DNA of 64,000 bases from Octopus bimaculoides. Its lineage: Eukaryota. This document shows, in pieces, positions 48,700 to 62,175 of this stretch. Each line of letters starts with the position of its first letter. The first letter of the stretch is position 1. Under the pieces are notes generated by a model. The model had not been told where the DNA came from and searched no databases. It was given only the letters and a program-made list of their open reading frames with translations. Both the position numbers and the translations under genes were made by a program. Location: the NCBI RefSeq assembly GCF_001194135.2, contig NC_068981.1, positions 22,534,472 through 22,598,471 on the forward strand. The letters run 5' to 3'.

Positions 48700-49107
48700 T
48701 GAGCTTCCTGCTGTTTCCGGTGCTTTTTACGTGCCTCTGGCATGGGACCCAGTCAGTGGGCACTGGCATCAACTGACTGACTCCCGTGCTGGTGGCACAT
48801 AAAAAGCACCATCCATATGTGGCTGATGTCAGTGTCCTCTGACTGGCTCCCATGCCAAAGGCACGTAAAATGCACCATCTGAACATGATTGATACCACGC
48901 CCGCCTGACTGGCTCCTGTGCTAGTGGTATGTAAAAAGCACCCACTACACTCTTGGAGTGGTTGCTGTTAGGAAGGGCATCTAGCTGTAGAAACAGTGCC
49001 AGATCAGATTGGAGTCTGGTACAGCTGCTGGCCTTCCAGACCTCAGTTAAACTGTCCAACCCATGCCAGCATGGAAAACGGACGCTAAACGATGATGATG
49101 ATGATGA
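48700..49107 (+). mobile_element. Diverged family A-related RTE 3' end
   Basis: Modules GTGCTGGTGGCAC and CTGACTGGCTCC, then GTTAGGAAGGGCATCTAGCTGTAG...GGACGCTAAACGATGATGAT. Confidence 0.8.
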
Positions 49108-49247
49108 AATTCCCTCATAAGGTATTGGTTGACTTGAGTTATAATAGAAGAGACTTGCCTAATGTGCAGAGTAGTGAGAGCGAACAGGAAATCATGTGAA
49201 TGCAAAGAGAATGCTTTAACCACACTTGTAGCATATGCACATATGTG

Positions 49248-49286
<39 letters not shown>

Positions 49287-49472
49287 CTGCATATGTGTCA
49301 TGTAAAAAGCACCTGAGCTGGTGCCTCATATAAAGCACTCAATACAGTTTGTAAAGTGGTTGGTATCCAGCTGTAGAAACCATGCCAGCATGGAAAACAG
49401 ACGTTGAAAGATGATGGTGATTACATGTGTGTGTGTGTGTGCATACACATGCACATATCTGCATCCACTCAC

Positions 49473-49544
<72 letters not shown>

Positions 49545-50058
49545 TTGCATAAATCTTACAGGCTTCTGAATAGTCTCCATTTACTAGATTCCACTCTCAA
49601 GATATTGGAAGATCTGAAGCCATAGCAGACACACTTGACCAAAGTACAACAGTAGGATCACACCCGGAATTCAGTGGTTTCTGCATGTATAATCCTTACA
49701 TGTTGAAATGTATGTATATTTAGATGTTGATGTGTGTTCACCTTCCTGTGGATATATGAGTGTGTGTATGCATATATACTGATATAAGTGTATGTATGCA
49801 TGTATATTGATATGGTTATATGTATGCATACATACATCAATATATATATTGATATGTATGTACACAGTATGTTGATATACTTATGTTTGTATACATACTT
49901 GTTTCATCAACATTAAACATCCACTTTTCTATAGTTGACTCATATGAGTGAGTTTGTGTATACATATATATACACTTTAAATGATAGTGATATATACATG
50001 AACATGTGTGGATGTAGTTATTGCATCATATGTAATCAGTGTATCTTTTGTGTATGTG

Positions 50059-50099
<41 letters not shown>

Positions 50100-50784
50100 T
50101 CACACACACACNNNNNNNNNNNNNNNNNNNNNNNNNNNNNNNNNNNNNNNNNNNNNNNNNNNNNNNNNNNNNNNNNNNNNNNNNNNNNNNNNNNNNNNNN
50201 NNNNNNNNNNNNNNNNNNNNNNNNNNNNNNNNNNNNNNNNNNNNNNNNNNNNNNNNNNNNNNNNNNNNNNNNNNNNNNNNNNNNNNNNNNNNNNNNNNNN
50301 NNNNNNNNNNNNNNNNNNNNNNNNNNNNNNNNNNNNNNNNCACACACACACACACACACACACAAAGTATGTGAGGGATCATAAGATGATATATCATAGC
50401 TGTTAATGTATTTATGTAAATATATGCAAATTTATTCGTTGGGTTTCTTTTTGACAAAACTTTGTTTTGTTTCAAGAAAGTCTCATTAATGAATCCCCCC
50501 CTCACATCATCTGCACCACCCCTAACTATTCTGCACCACCCCAGCTTTACCTCATTCTCACCAGTCATATTTCATCTTTACCTCATTTCCACCCTACCTC
50601 ATTCCCACCACCACCACCGTCATAATCTACCCAATATGCAAGATCAGTAAGATGAGGGATGTAAGTCCCAGTTGGGTTCATATGTCCCCCGGGTAGGGAG
50701 GCAGAGGTGTCATTTTGACAGCCAGGGTAGGGTTGTACTTCATATTAATTGGGTGGAGTGTTTTGATTCAACTCACTTGTCTTA

Positions 50785-50817
<33 letters not shown>

Positions 50818-51271
50818 ATGTTGTTGCTGCTATTGTTGGCAGTGGTGGTGGTGATGTTGAAGTTGCAATTGTTGTTGGTGGTGATGTTGCTGATGATGTC
50901 GATGCTCTTGTTGATAATGAATTTTCCTTCTCTTTTTCACTCTCTCAACTTTTTACTTGTACATTTTCTTCACCCAAATTTTTCTCTTTTGATTTTTTTA
51001 ATCTTTCTTCTCAATTCTCCTTCCTATCATTCTTCTCATATTTATTTATTTTTTCTTTTCATTTCTTTCTCTTTGCTTTTTTTTATTTCTTTTTTTTTTC
51101 TCTCTCATATACTTTTTTTTAGTAAATCTTTCTCCACACCACATTTATCTTAAATCTCCATAACCAAATACATACTCCCACGCATGCACACACACACAGA
51201 CACGCATATTGAATATTAATGGTGTATTATTCATGTAGATTTTTAAAATTCTGTACGGGTATATGTCCTTA

Positions 51272-51321
<50 letters not shown>

Positions 51322-51649
51322 TACACATACATGTGTCAAAATTGGTAATTATCCATCTATTATAACCAGAGGCAATTATATAAGAAATGAAGAGTCCCCA
51401 ATGCTTTCAGCTGACCTGCTAGATATAGCAGCAGCTAAATACTCCTATTGCTTGGAAAAACAATAAAAGAAGGAAGGATGCACTGGATAACGTAGTCCTA
51501 AATTGATTTTCTCAATATAAGATAAGGTGGCCATGGTAAGAATGTCTGCTTGTTCTGTATTGACTTGGGCTAAGAAGCCTCTATATGTTGATCTATATAT
51601 TGAAAAGACAGTTTTGTATCCTGGGTGGGAATATGTAGTCTGTTACTAA

Positions 51650-52010
51650 ATAAGTTGCCCTCGGGGTTAGAAGCTTGCTTTGCAACCATTGTGTTTCATG
51701 TTCAGTTCCCACTAGGACAAGTGTCTTCTCTTATAATCCTGAGTCAATCAATGCCTTCTGTGTGAATTTGGTAGATGGTGTGTTGAATCCACTTGTATGT
51801 GTGTCTTTGTATCTGTGTTTGCCTCTCCCAACACTTGATAGCTAATGTTAGTTTGTTTATGATCCCGTAACTTAGTAGTTTGACAAAAGAGATTGATAGA
51901 ATAAATACCAGAGTTAAAACGAAAACGAAGTACTGAGGTTGATTTATTCAAATAAAATCTTTCAAGGTTGTACCAGCATGGCCAGTTCAATGTCTTAAAA
52001 CAAGTAAAAG
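51650..52010 (+). mobile_element. Decayed SINE B
   Basis: GTTCAGTTCCCACTAGGACAAGTGTCTTC through CCAGCATGGCCAG...CAAGTAAAAGA. Confidence 0.7.
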
Positions 52011-52028
52011 AAGATATATATATATAAA

Positions 52029-52203
52029 AGCACCCACTACACTCTCTGAGTAGTTGGCGTTAGGAAGGGCATCCAGCTGTAGAAACTCTGCCAAATTAGA
52101 CTGGAGCCTGGAGTTGCCATCCGGTTTCACCAGTCCTCAGTCAAATCGTCCAACCCATGCTAGCATGGAAAGCGGACGTTAAACGATGATGATGATGATG
52201 ATG
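52029..52203 (+). mobile_element. 5'-truncated RTE LINE 3' end, family A, with TSD
   Basis: Conserved tail; ATATATATAAA at 52018-52028 and 52204-52214 (low-complexity TSD). Confidence 0.92.
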
Positions 52204-52249
52204 ATATATATAAAGGAATTAAAAGTAATGCTATGCTACTTTGTAATAA

Positions 52250-52520
52250 TCCTTGAGCTGGCAGAATTGTTAGCACACTGGACATAAATTATTATTATCA
52301 TGGCGGCAAGCTGACAGAATCGTTACCATGCAGACCAAAATGGTTTGCAGTATTTCGTCCGTCTTTACATTCTGAGTTCAAATTCCACTGAGGTTGACTT
52401 TGCCTTTCATCCTTTTGGAGTCAATTAAATAAGTACTAGTTGAGCACTGGGGTCGATGTAATCGACTTGACGCCTTCCCCCAAATTTAAGGCCTTGTGCT
52501 TCCAGTAGAAAGGATTATTA
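52250..52520 (+). mobile_element. SINE family C2 with a duplicated head fragment
   Basis: GAGCTGGCAGAATTGTTAGC, then GGCGGCAAGCTGACAGAATCGTTACC...TTCTGAGTTCAAATTCC...GGCCTTGTGC. Confidence 0.8.
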
Positions 52521-55479
52521 TTATTATACAAGAGTAGATATTAAAACGATGATGCTGATGTTAAACTTTGTGTTTGCGCTAAATAATCGCAGGACTATAA
52601 TATGAATTGGAGTTCTAAATGAAAGCTGTTGCATAATTTAAGTTTTAAATCTTTCTCTCTCTCATATGTATAAATACACACACACACACACAGGGAGAGG
52701 CTTTTCAAAGTCAATCGCAAGGCACTGGTTTGCCTGAGGCTATAGTAGAAAACACATGCTGAAGATGTCAAATAATGGGATTGACCCCCAAACGATATGG
52801 CTGGGAAGAGAATTTCTTAAATTCAGCCTTGCTTGCATACTTGTGCACTCAAACACACCACAACACACATCACCACACACACGCACACACACACACCTCA
52901 CCACACCTCACCACACACACACACACAGAGGCATATATCCAGTGTGTTCTCATATTGTTCTCCAAATAACCATTCTATATTGATTAGAACTGGGATGTTT
53001 CTAAGTTGATATCTGACTCGGTTATTTATAGAGGAGGAGATAGATGGGTGTTATCTCACATTGCATATTGGTGCTTATTGGTCTAAACTGAAATTTCAAT
53101 TATATCAGCTATAGTCCTTATCTACTTTGAATACAACCAAAGAATTATTGTTCTTCCACATCATCCCTTTAATCGTCATCATCGTCATCATGTTCAGGTT
53201 TTAATGCCAGCAGTTGTTACTTTTACAAAAGTCTACCTCTTCATTGCCTCCAATCTTAGATCTGTTTTAACTATCTGACCTCACATTTTCTTCTGCTTCT
53301 TTGCTATCTACTCATGGAGCCAGTACGTGATCTCTTGGTCCACCAGAATAGATAAATCTTTCACAAATCATGGCCTACTGCCTTATTCTTTTTATTCTCA
53401 GGTTTTTGTTGGAATACACTGCCTTTGCTTCAGTTAAGTTTGAAAATAAAGAATTTAGTAAAATTACTTTGTCGTTAAGCTGATGCTTAGAACAAAACGT
53501 TTAACATAAAATTCTGATAGGTTTCAACTTGGATCACTTTAGAATAGGAAATTTGTATAATAGAAGCAGGGGTGGTCTCAAGTGGATTGATATCAAAAGA
53601 GTTAGAGAATTAAAAAAATAAAACATAAAAGAAAGATGACATTGGATAGTATACATCCAGTTACAATATTTGGAATGGTCACAGGTGGAATGTCTTTCAA
53701 CATATATCTATTTACTTCATGTTGAGTTAGGGTTAAACACTATCACTTTTTGGTTTCCACCCATTTACCCATCAGGCATCATTCATTCTCAGCATATGAT
53801 TATCATTGCAATCTTGGTTTTAATGTCTGTTTTCCCATGTTATCAGGGTTTTGATGAATCTGAAATTGAACAACATCTTCCCATGGAATTTAAACACTGC
53901 ATAATTTCATAGGGAACCAGTATTCTTAGTTCACAAATTAACTTTATCTTATTTCTCTCTAACATAAGCAGCTTCCTCTACCAACTACTACTACTTATTT
54001 TTTTTCATTTCAACATACAACATTCAATTGCATTACCTGTCACTTCTGACATAATACAAGCTTTATAACTATCCCATCTTCATACATACACACTTCCATC
54101 TGCCCATCAAACAGCTGAATGTTATCCACATCACGCTTGACAGTCTAGAGTTCTGCAAAAGAGCATTACTTCTCTTATGACGAATCTTTATCAAAAATTG
54201 CTTTAAAGTCCAGTCACATTTTAAAATCAAGTCTGTTTTTAGCATTGTTTATAAGTTAATTTATCACATCCAATATAACCTATCCCATTTGTTCCTTTCC
54301 AGTGGCTCCAGATCATTTTCATTTACTGAACATGGTCATTGTTAATATCCACTTTCCAAGCTGGCATGGGTACCACTGTTTGACATGGCTCTAATGTCAT
54401 CTTTGGCATGGTTTCTTTGACTGGATGCACTTTCTAAAGCTTGCCACTTTACAAAATGTACCGGATGCTTTTCATGCCATCAGCATGAATACTAATGAAG
54501 CTATTCTTTTTAATAATATTAATTATATGGATTTCACAATTGAGCTAATCATCAATGCATGGTTGACAGTCAATTTTTGAGGGAAGATATTAGTCTCAGT
54601 TGAAAATGCACCTGAGCTATTATCATTGTTTCTGTGAGTTTTCCAATAAATTAAGGTGACAAACTATTTAATGTTTGTATTTTTCTGAGATGAATTTATA
54701 GAGAAGTTTGTAACAATTTTCTTCATCTTGGATATGGTTTTGACATGATTTGATTGGCATTCTTTCCAGTTGTCTCTAGGTAACATCCCTAAGTTATTCC
54801 TAACTATCTGATGACGATTGGAAAGAATGCTAATTCAAGCATTGTAACAGAAGTGTGGAAAATATTCTGAAAGACAAACATTAACTTTGTCTTTGTTCAT
54901 TATCAGGTACCATTTAAAGGTAGCCAGGCTAGATAGAATTAAATGCTTTTACCCATTATACCACATATAAATAGTCTACATATAAGTAACATAAGATAGA
55001 TGTAAACTCATTAGTGGCAGTCATATTGGATTAAACTTGGCGCCATTTTACTAGTGTTGATTCTCAGTTACTGTTACATAGACTACTGCTTTTATTTTCC
55101 ATTGTTTTCACTGAATTTCTTTGTCTGTAATGGAATCTTAATGATATGCTTTCCTTCTTCACACTATACATGCTTGCCATTCCTGACTTTATAGTTTTCA
55201 CCTCTGATTTTTAAAGATCTTCATATTTCTGCGATTCTAGCTTTTATGCTCTCTCCCTATCTTCTTTCTACAGCTTACCGTAAGAGTACGAGTTTCATAT
55301 TTTTCTGTTATTAGACAGACATGGTTGTGTGGTTAAGAAGGTTGCTATGCAACCATGTGGTTTTGGATCCCATTGTGTTCTACCTTGGGCAAGTGCCTTT
55401 CGCTTACTAAAGTCCTGGGCTTACCAGTGTCTTGAGTGAATTTCGTAGATGGAAACTGTGTGGAAGCCCAACATGTGTG

Positions 55480-55760
55480 TGCGTGTGCATTTGTATGTGT
55501 ATGTATAAATGTGTGTATGCATGCATGTGTGTGTGTATATATGCATGCATGTGTGTGTTTGTATGTATGCATGCATGTGTGTGTGCATGCATGTGTGTAT
55601 GCATGTGTGTGTGCATGTGTGTGCATGCATGTGTTTGTATGCATGTGTGCATATGTGTGTGTATATGCATGTATATATATGTATGTATGTTTGTGTATAT
55701 GCATGCATGTGAACATATATGTATGTGTATATATAAGCACACATGTATATGTATGTGTTT
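55480..55760. repeat. Compound (TG)n/(ATGC)n microsatellite
   Basis: Visible directly; source of the H/T/C/V/M-rich ORFs at 55345-55821. Confidence 0.95.
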
Positions 55761-57625
55761 TTCATCGTTGCGTTTGTCACCCCTCTGCTACTGTTGGTTT
55801 GTTTACAACCCCATAACTTAATATGACAGGAACACGTGAAAGATAAAGATAACTCGATTTGTCACAAAAACCCACATAGAACAGAACATTAATAACATAA
55901 ATTTAATCCTCATTGCATTGCTAATAACGAAGACTTTTATTATAGATTTCTTTAAAAAAAAAAGTATTTTTGATTAGACTATTATTCTTGTTATAGATTT
56001 ATCTATAAAAAGGAATTCATGAATGAAACAAAAGCATGAGGAAAGGATAGATTTTCAGGTAAGATGAAATTCGAGATGGTTCTACTTGCTGTTCACTACT
56101 CACCTAGTTCTGTCTCAGGCTACTTACTGATTATCTGTAACCTGTGATACAACAATACCTTCGATATCTTTAGATCAATATAAAAAAATATATATATATA
56201 ACAATTGATTTCCAATGATGTTGGTAAACATTATTTGCTTTTAATATTTATTCATAAATGTACTTTCTGGGAGTTTGTATTTTTAGCTAAATGCACATAT
56301 TTGCATTGTTTTTGTTGTCAATACCAGATATAAACACATACACAGACATGCAGACACATGCTAAGAAAAGAGCTGCTATTTGGTTACATCAGCCTACTAG
56401 AAATAGCAGCCAAATTTCCCTAAAATCATACTTGTTAAACTTATGTTCCAAACACCAGCCTAACGATGAAAACATTTTTTAGTAAATTCTTCACTCTTTT
56501 CAAAATCATATTTCTGTTGAAATACAGTCTTTGTTTCAAGTAATTTTGAAAACAAGGAAGAATTTTCTAAAATAATTTTGTCAATATTATGCCAATGTTT
56601 AGGAGATAAATTGAACACAAAATTCTCATTGAAGGCTTTACTTTAGATCACGTTAAAACAGAAAATTTTTATCGGGACCAAAGGCAGTGTCAGGAAGGTT
56701 GGTATCAAAATGGTTAAATAATCATAGTATACATTGGATAATGCAGTTTTGCATCACCCCTAAAAGAGAAAGGTTGATCATAGCTGGAATATCTTTGGTG
56801 CTAGGGCTACTCAGTGATGCATGACCTTGGGCTAAATGGCAACATGCAGACAGATGTTCCTGAGGTATGTGTGTAATATGAATCTAAAGGCTGGATACAG
56901 ATGAAGTGAGGTGGAATGTGGGTATTGGAGTTATCAGGTGATATATGAGAAGAGTAACTGATATTGTCTGTTGTTAGACTACCATTAGATTGTTGTGAAT
57001 GGTGGCCAGGATGGATAAAAGATAGTAAATATTGGATGATAATAAGTAAAGATTAGGAATTACTTGCAACAATACCCTCCTTGCCTTAGAATTGACTAAA
57101 ACACAAAAACTACCAAATGTGCAGGTGCTGCATTAAAAGCCTGTCCGATGCAAGTTAGGTTGAGAGAGAAAAAACTGACATAAGAATGGTAGTGTTGTTA
57201 AGGAGTTCACTTTTCAACAACGTAGTTCTGGGTTCAGTTCTTCAGTATGATTCTAGGGTGCGTTTGCTATCATAGCCTTGAATTGACTGCTAATGTGGGA
57301 GTAACATTTGGTATACAGAAATGATGCAAAAGCTCATCACATTCATCATCACTTAGCTTCTGTTTTCCATGCTGTCATGGGTTTGATGGTTTGATATATA
57401 TTTCCATTAAACGTGGATGTTCTATTAGTACAAACTACACTGCAGTAGTTACCTTGAGAAAAACTCTCATATTGGCTTTTGGTGCAAAATACACTTTTGT
57501 TTATACCACTAGTGGGTCAGCATGGAAGGTGAATGTTAAACAATGATGATATATATATATATATATATAAGCAAAATAGCTGGTTGTAAAATCTCAAGAA
57601 GAGATCAGAGTAGTAACTATACTAA

Positions 57626-57759
57626 AAAGTAAAGTTAGTCGCCACATCAAAGTGGTTGTTCCATGTAACCACCAGTAACCAGCTGGCAGACAATCTGCCA
57701 GGGGTTAGACTAGTAGTAACATGGGGCAGCCACTTTGATGTGGCAACTGACTTTACTTT
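57626..57759. repeat. 134-bp near-palindrome (MITE-like or hairpin element)
   Basis: AAAGTAAAGTTAGTCGCCACATCAAAGTGGTTGTTCCATGTAAC versus reverse complement of right arm AAAGTAAAGTCAGTTGCCACATCAAAGTGGCTGCCCCATGTTAC (38 of 44); central CTGGCAGA-CAA-TCTGCCAG. Confidence 0.9.
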
Positions 57760-57952
57760 ATATATATATATATTATATATAAAATTTTTACAGTCTTTTC
57801 CTTGTAAAACTCAATATGTATTCTATTAAAAAGTATTGAATGACCCTTCAGTTTAATTCTAAATTATTTCTGTATATAACTTCACACAAACACACACACA
57901 TATAGACAGACAGATATCTGTTCAGTTGTGGTTCTAATTTTACAGCAAGTTT

Positions 57953-58279
57953 GTGTGAAGGCGCGTGGCTTAGCGGTTAGGGCATTCGGCTCACAATTGT
58001 AAGGTCGTGTGTTCGATTCCCGGCGACACGTTGTGTCCTTGAGCAAGACACTTTATTTCACGTTGCTCCAGTCCACTCAGCTAGCAAAAATGAGTAGTAC
58101 CTATATTTCAAAGGGCCGCCCTTGTCATGCTATGTGTCACGCTGAGTCTCCCTGAGAACTACGTTGGGTGTACACATGTCTGTGGATTGCTCAGTCAGTT
58201 GCACGTTAATTTCACGAGCTGGCTGTTCTGCTGATCGTATCAGCTGGGACCCTCGTCATCGTAACTGACGGAGTGCTCC
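57953..58279 (+). mobile_element. Full-length SINE family H with 13-bp TSD
   Basis: tRNA-like head (TGGCTTAGCGG ... GTTCGATTCC), CCTTGAGCAAGACAC block; TSD TTACAGCAAGTTT at 57940-57952 and 58280-58292. Confidence 0.95.
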
Positions 58280-58469
58280 TTACAGCAAGTTTAAAAGGGA
58301 CACTTACTAACGTGAGGATGGGGTATCAAGACTGAGAAGATTCAAATCTATGATGAAATTCATGTTGGTTGAGAATCTGTCACACCAGATCACTCCCACT
58401 GCCCTCTGTGTTCAGATCCTGTTGAGATCAACTTTGTATAAATATGGTTATACACACTTTCTGGATACA

Positions 58470-58850
58470 ATGCAGGCATAGCCATTTCATTGAGAAGTTT
58501 GTTTCCCAACCACATGGTCCTGGGTTCAGTCCCATTGCATAGAAACCTTGGGCATATGTCTTCTACAATGGCCCTAGGCTGACCAATGCCTTGTGAGTGA
58601 ATTTGGTAAATGGAAACTGAGAGGAAGCCAGTTGTATATATATGTTGGTGTGTGTGTGTGTATTTGTATTGTTGTTGTCCCTCATCATTGTTTGATAACT
58701 GGAGTTGTTTTGTTTATGTCCCTATATTTTAGTAAAAGAGGCCAATAGAATAAGTGCCAGACTTTAAAGCGAATAAGGACTGGGTTGATTTGTTTGACTA
58801 AACCCTTGAAGGCTGAGCCCCAACATAACTACAATCCAATAACTAAAACA
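58470..58850 (+). mobile_element. Decayed SINE B
   Basis: GGGTTCAGTCCCATTGCATAGAAACCTTGGGC...GAATAAGTGCCAG...tail. Confidence 0.75.
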
Positions 58851-59744
58851 GATTCTGTGTGTGTGTGTGTGCGTGTGTGTGTGCGCACGTGTGTGTGTGT
58901 GTGTATGTGTAAAACTGTTGAAGTACCTCTCCACTTCTGTTCAAGACAGAAGTCATATTCTTCAGTAGAAATATCTGTAATATTGCCACAGTTCTAACTG
59001 ATCCGAAGATAAGTTATTGTTGGTGTGAGGGTTAAGTGAGAGAAAAACTGAATGATAGAGAAGGGGCGTGAGATAGGCTGGATGGGTAAATGGGTAAGAA
59101 GTGAGAAAGAGAATGGGGGGGGGGCTACATTAACTGGATGATTGGATCTGGTGGGGTTGTGAAGAAGGGGGCGGGTGACTGGATGGATGCTGGAATGCGG
59201 GGAGGATAAGAGAGAAAGGGAGAAGGGGAAAGAGAAATGGATAGATTAATTGGATGTTAAGATGCAATGAAGAGACGGAGAAACAGCAGATAAACTGAAT
59301 GGATGATTCGGTCTGATGAGAAGTGGGGAGGAAAGGCAGACGAGGTGCGGGAGGGGTAATAGGATGTGTGGAAGGAGGAGAAACAGATAGAAAGAAAAAG
59401 AGAAAGAGAGAGAGAGAGAGAGAGATTAAATCAATCAATGAAGGCCAAAATGTTACTTTGGTAATAAACTGAATATAATGAAGAAGTTGTGTATGTAATG
59501 GAAAAATGTATTTTAGAGGAATTTTATATATAACTGTACAGTGAAGAGAATTATAGCAGGCTGTGTCGATAAGACTCTGACCTCCAGGTCAAAAGACTGA
59601 CAGCTTTTTCTCCCTGGCCAAGTCTACTTAACACTTAATGGGAACCAAAACGAATGTTGTTGTTTGCTCCCGGTCAGTGTCTTCAGTTGTGTACGACTGA
59701 TAAAAATAATTCTGAAGATGTATCCTGAAAGTCATCACCAACAT

Positions 59745-60043
59745 CACCATTGTTTTAACGTCCCGGTCCACATTTCCATGCTTGCATGGGGAGGACGGAG
59801 TTTATTGAGGCAGATTCTTTAACAGCTGAACACCCTGCCTGTTGCAAACTCTCACCTGTTTCCAAACAAAGGAATAGATTTTTCTCCTTGGCCAGACATG
59901 GTTTTGCAGAATTTGGGAAAAGAATGACACTGAACGTAATATTTCCTCTTGGCCAGATAAATTTTCATAGAAGATTGGAATGAATGACAACATTTGTACG
60001 ATGAGGATATTTTCTCAAAACCGTCACATGATGTCAGCACAAG

Positions 60044-60045
<2 letters not shown>
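59745..60045 (-). mobile_element. Family G (old RTE-like 3' end)
   Basis: CATTGTTTTAACGTCC...CCATGCTTGCATGGG...CCTGTTTCCAAAC...GGCCAGACATG with a local duplication. Confidence 0.7.
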
Positions 60046-60079
<34 letters not shown>

Positions 60080-61473
60080 GAAAGAGAGAGAGGGACACAC
60101 ACACACACACACACAGTGGCCTACCAAATTCACTCACAAGGCTTTTATTCGCCTAGAGCTACAGTAAGAAGACACTATTCAAAGTTGCTGAGTTGCAGGA
60201 CTGAACCAAAAACCATGTATTTGAGAAGCAAACTTTTGAATCATGCAGCCAGCTTGCACATCTATACTCACACACACACACATATGTGAAACATTTTAAG
60301 GGTCTCCCACCAGCCTCTTTGTGATTAAACATCTGTTCAGGCCAGAAACTGTATCTTTCAATAGAAATAATGATATTTTTATTTAGTGCCTCAATACCAA
60401 CTATCTGTCAAGTCTGAAGATTATAAAGATAATTGTTGATGTGAGGGCTTCATTCTGCATAATCATCATCATCATCATCATCGTCGTCATTTAATGTCTG
60501 CTCTCCATGCTGTGGATATACAGAATAGAGAGAAACAGGGTAGGAGCAGATAGAGTGTATAGATGTATGACATGACTTTCTGTCAGCAAACCCCCACTAT
60601 AACCCCCACATTGCCCAGTGAGAGAAGTATAAGCTATAATGCTGTTAAGACACCTCTGATGCTTGTGGTAGATTTGAACTCAAGACTTACACGATCTAGG
60701 TGTTAGTTAAACACCATACTTCTCTCAGCCATTTCACCTCTTTTACAGGACAAACATTTTATCACTCAGCTGTTGCAATTCTTTGCCATATGTCAGAATA
60801 GAGCAAACAGATGCAGAAATGTTAGATAAACATACAAACCAAAGGCATATCTCACCTCTCCCTCTTTCTAACACCACCCCTACCTTTGCTTTCATGATTA
60901 TTTTCCTTATTGTCTTTAGTTTGTTTAATCTAAATTAGTCATCCTGTGCGCCACACCTGAGCATTGGAAGCACTACAAGTTTATGGTACCCTGCACATCT
61001 CGTGTGAAATAGTCACCCTTAGCTGGTTTTTTCTTACTTTGTAATTAAAGGCAAATTTAGTGTTACATTTTACTTGCTTCAATCACTGAATACAGCCATG
61101 TTGGGGGAACTGCCTTGAAGGGTTTTAGTTGAACATATCAACCTCTAGCGCTTATATTGTTTTAAGTCTGGTGTTTATTTTATTGGTGGGGCATGACAGA
61201 CTCAGATGCACGCATGCACACACACACACACACACACACACATACTTGTCAGGCTTCCTTCCACACAGTTTATCTTTTACTTGTTTCAGTCACTGAACTG
61301 TGGCCATGCTGGGGCACCAACTTGAAGAATTTTAGTGGAATGAATCAACACCAGTACTTATTTTTAAAGATTGCTACTTTTTTTGTCAGTCCCTTTTGCT
61401 GAGTCGCTAAGTTATGGGAACGTAAACACACCAACACTAGTTGTCAAACGGTGACAGGAGGCAGGCGCGTGCG

Positions 61474-61506
<33 letters not shown>

Positions 61507-62175
61507 GTGTGTGCACATGACTGGCTTCTTTCAGTTTCTTCCTCACAAGACTTCAGTCAGTCTGAAGCTACAGTAAAAGGCATTTACCCAAGATGCAATG
61601 CAATGGGACTGAACTTGGAACCATGCCACTGATCCACACCGGCATCTGTAGTTTTCATCTATGAAATCCACTCACAAGGCATTAGCTGGCCTGGAACTAC
61701 TGTAGAACACACTTTCCCAAGATGCTGTGCCATGGGACCGAACCTGAATCCACACGGTTGAGAAGCAAAGTTCTTAACTGTGCAGCCATGTACCCATGGT
61801 TATATTTTCAACATCACCCTCACCTCCCGCACACATACATTCATGCACATATATGATTAAAAATGAAAAAGTATTTTACTGTATATAACAATGACTTCAT
61901 TTTTCTGGAAGAGTTTTATGAAAAACACAGATTTTAATAATCCATTTTTATTCTTCCAATCTGTTTTGTTCCTTGATACTTTTACAGATACAATTAAATT
62001 ACATTCTTTTTACCCCTGAACAATGCATAGCTCAAAGTAATATGTACTGCAGACAACAGCTAAGCCTAATGATATCTGATAACCTTTCTTGCAGACAACC
62101 TGCTAAATATATAACTAAATCTCCCTTAAATCACACCTTATCTTATTAAAAAGCAAAAGTCAACATGTGATAGTG

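Noticed and set aside
50715-51153. Long ORFs (135 and 121 aa)
   Set aside because: Made of (GTT)/(GGT)/(GAT) repeats and a T-rich tract.
55345-55821. Six overlapping ORFs of 67-131 aa
   Set aside because: Compound TG/ATGC microsatellite lacking stop codons.
57959-58030. tRNA gene
   Set aside because: Has A and B boxes but lacks a proper acceptor stem, continues into SINE body and is bounded by a 13-bp TSD; it is a SINE head.
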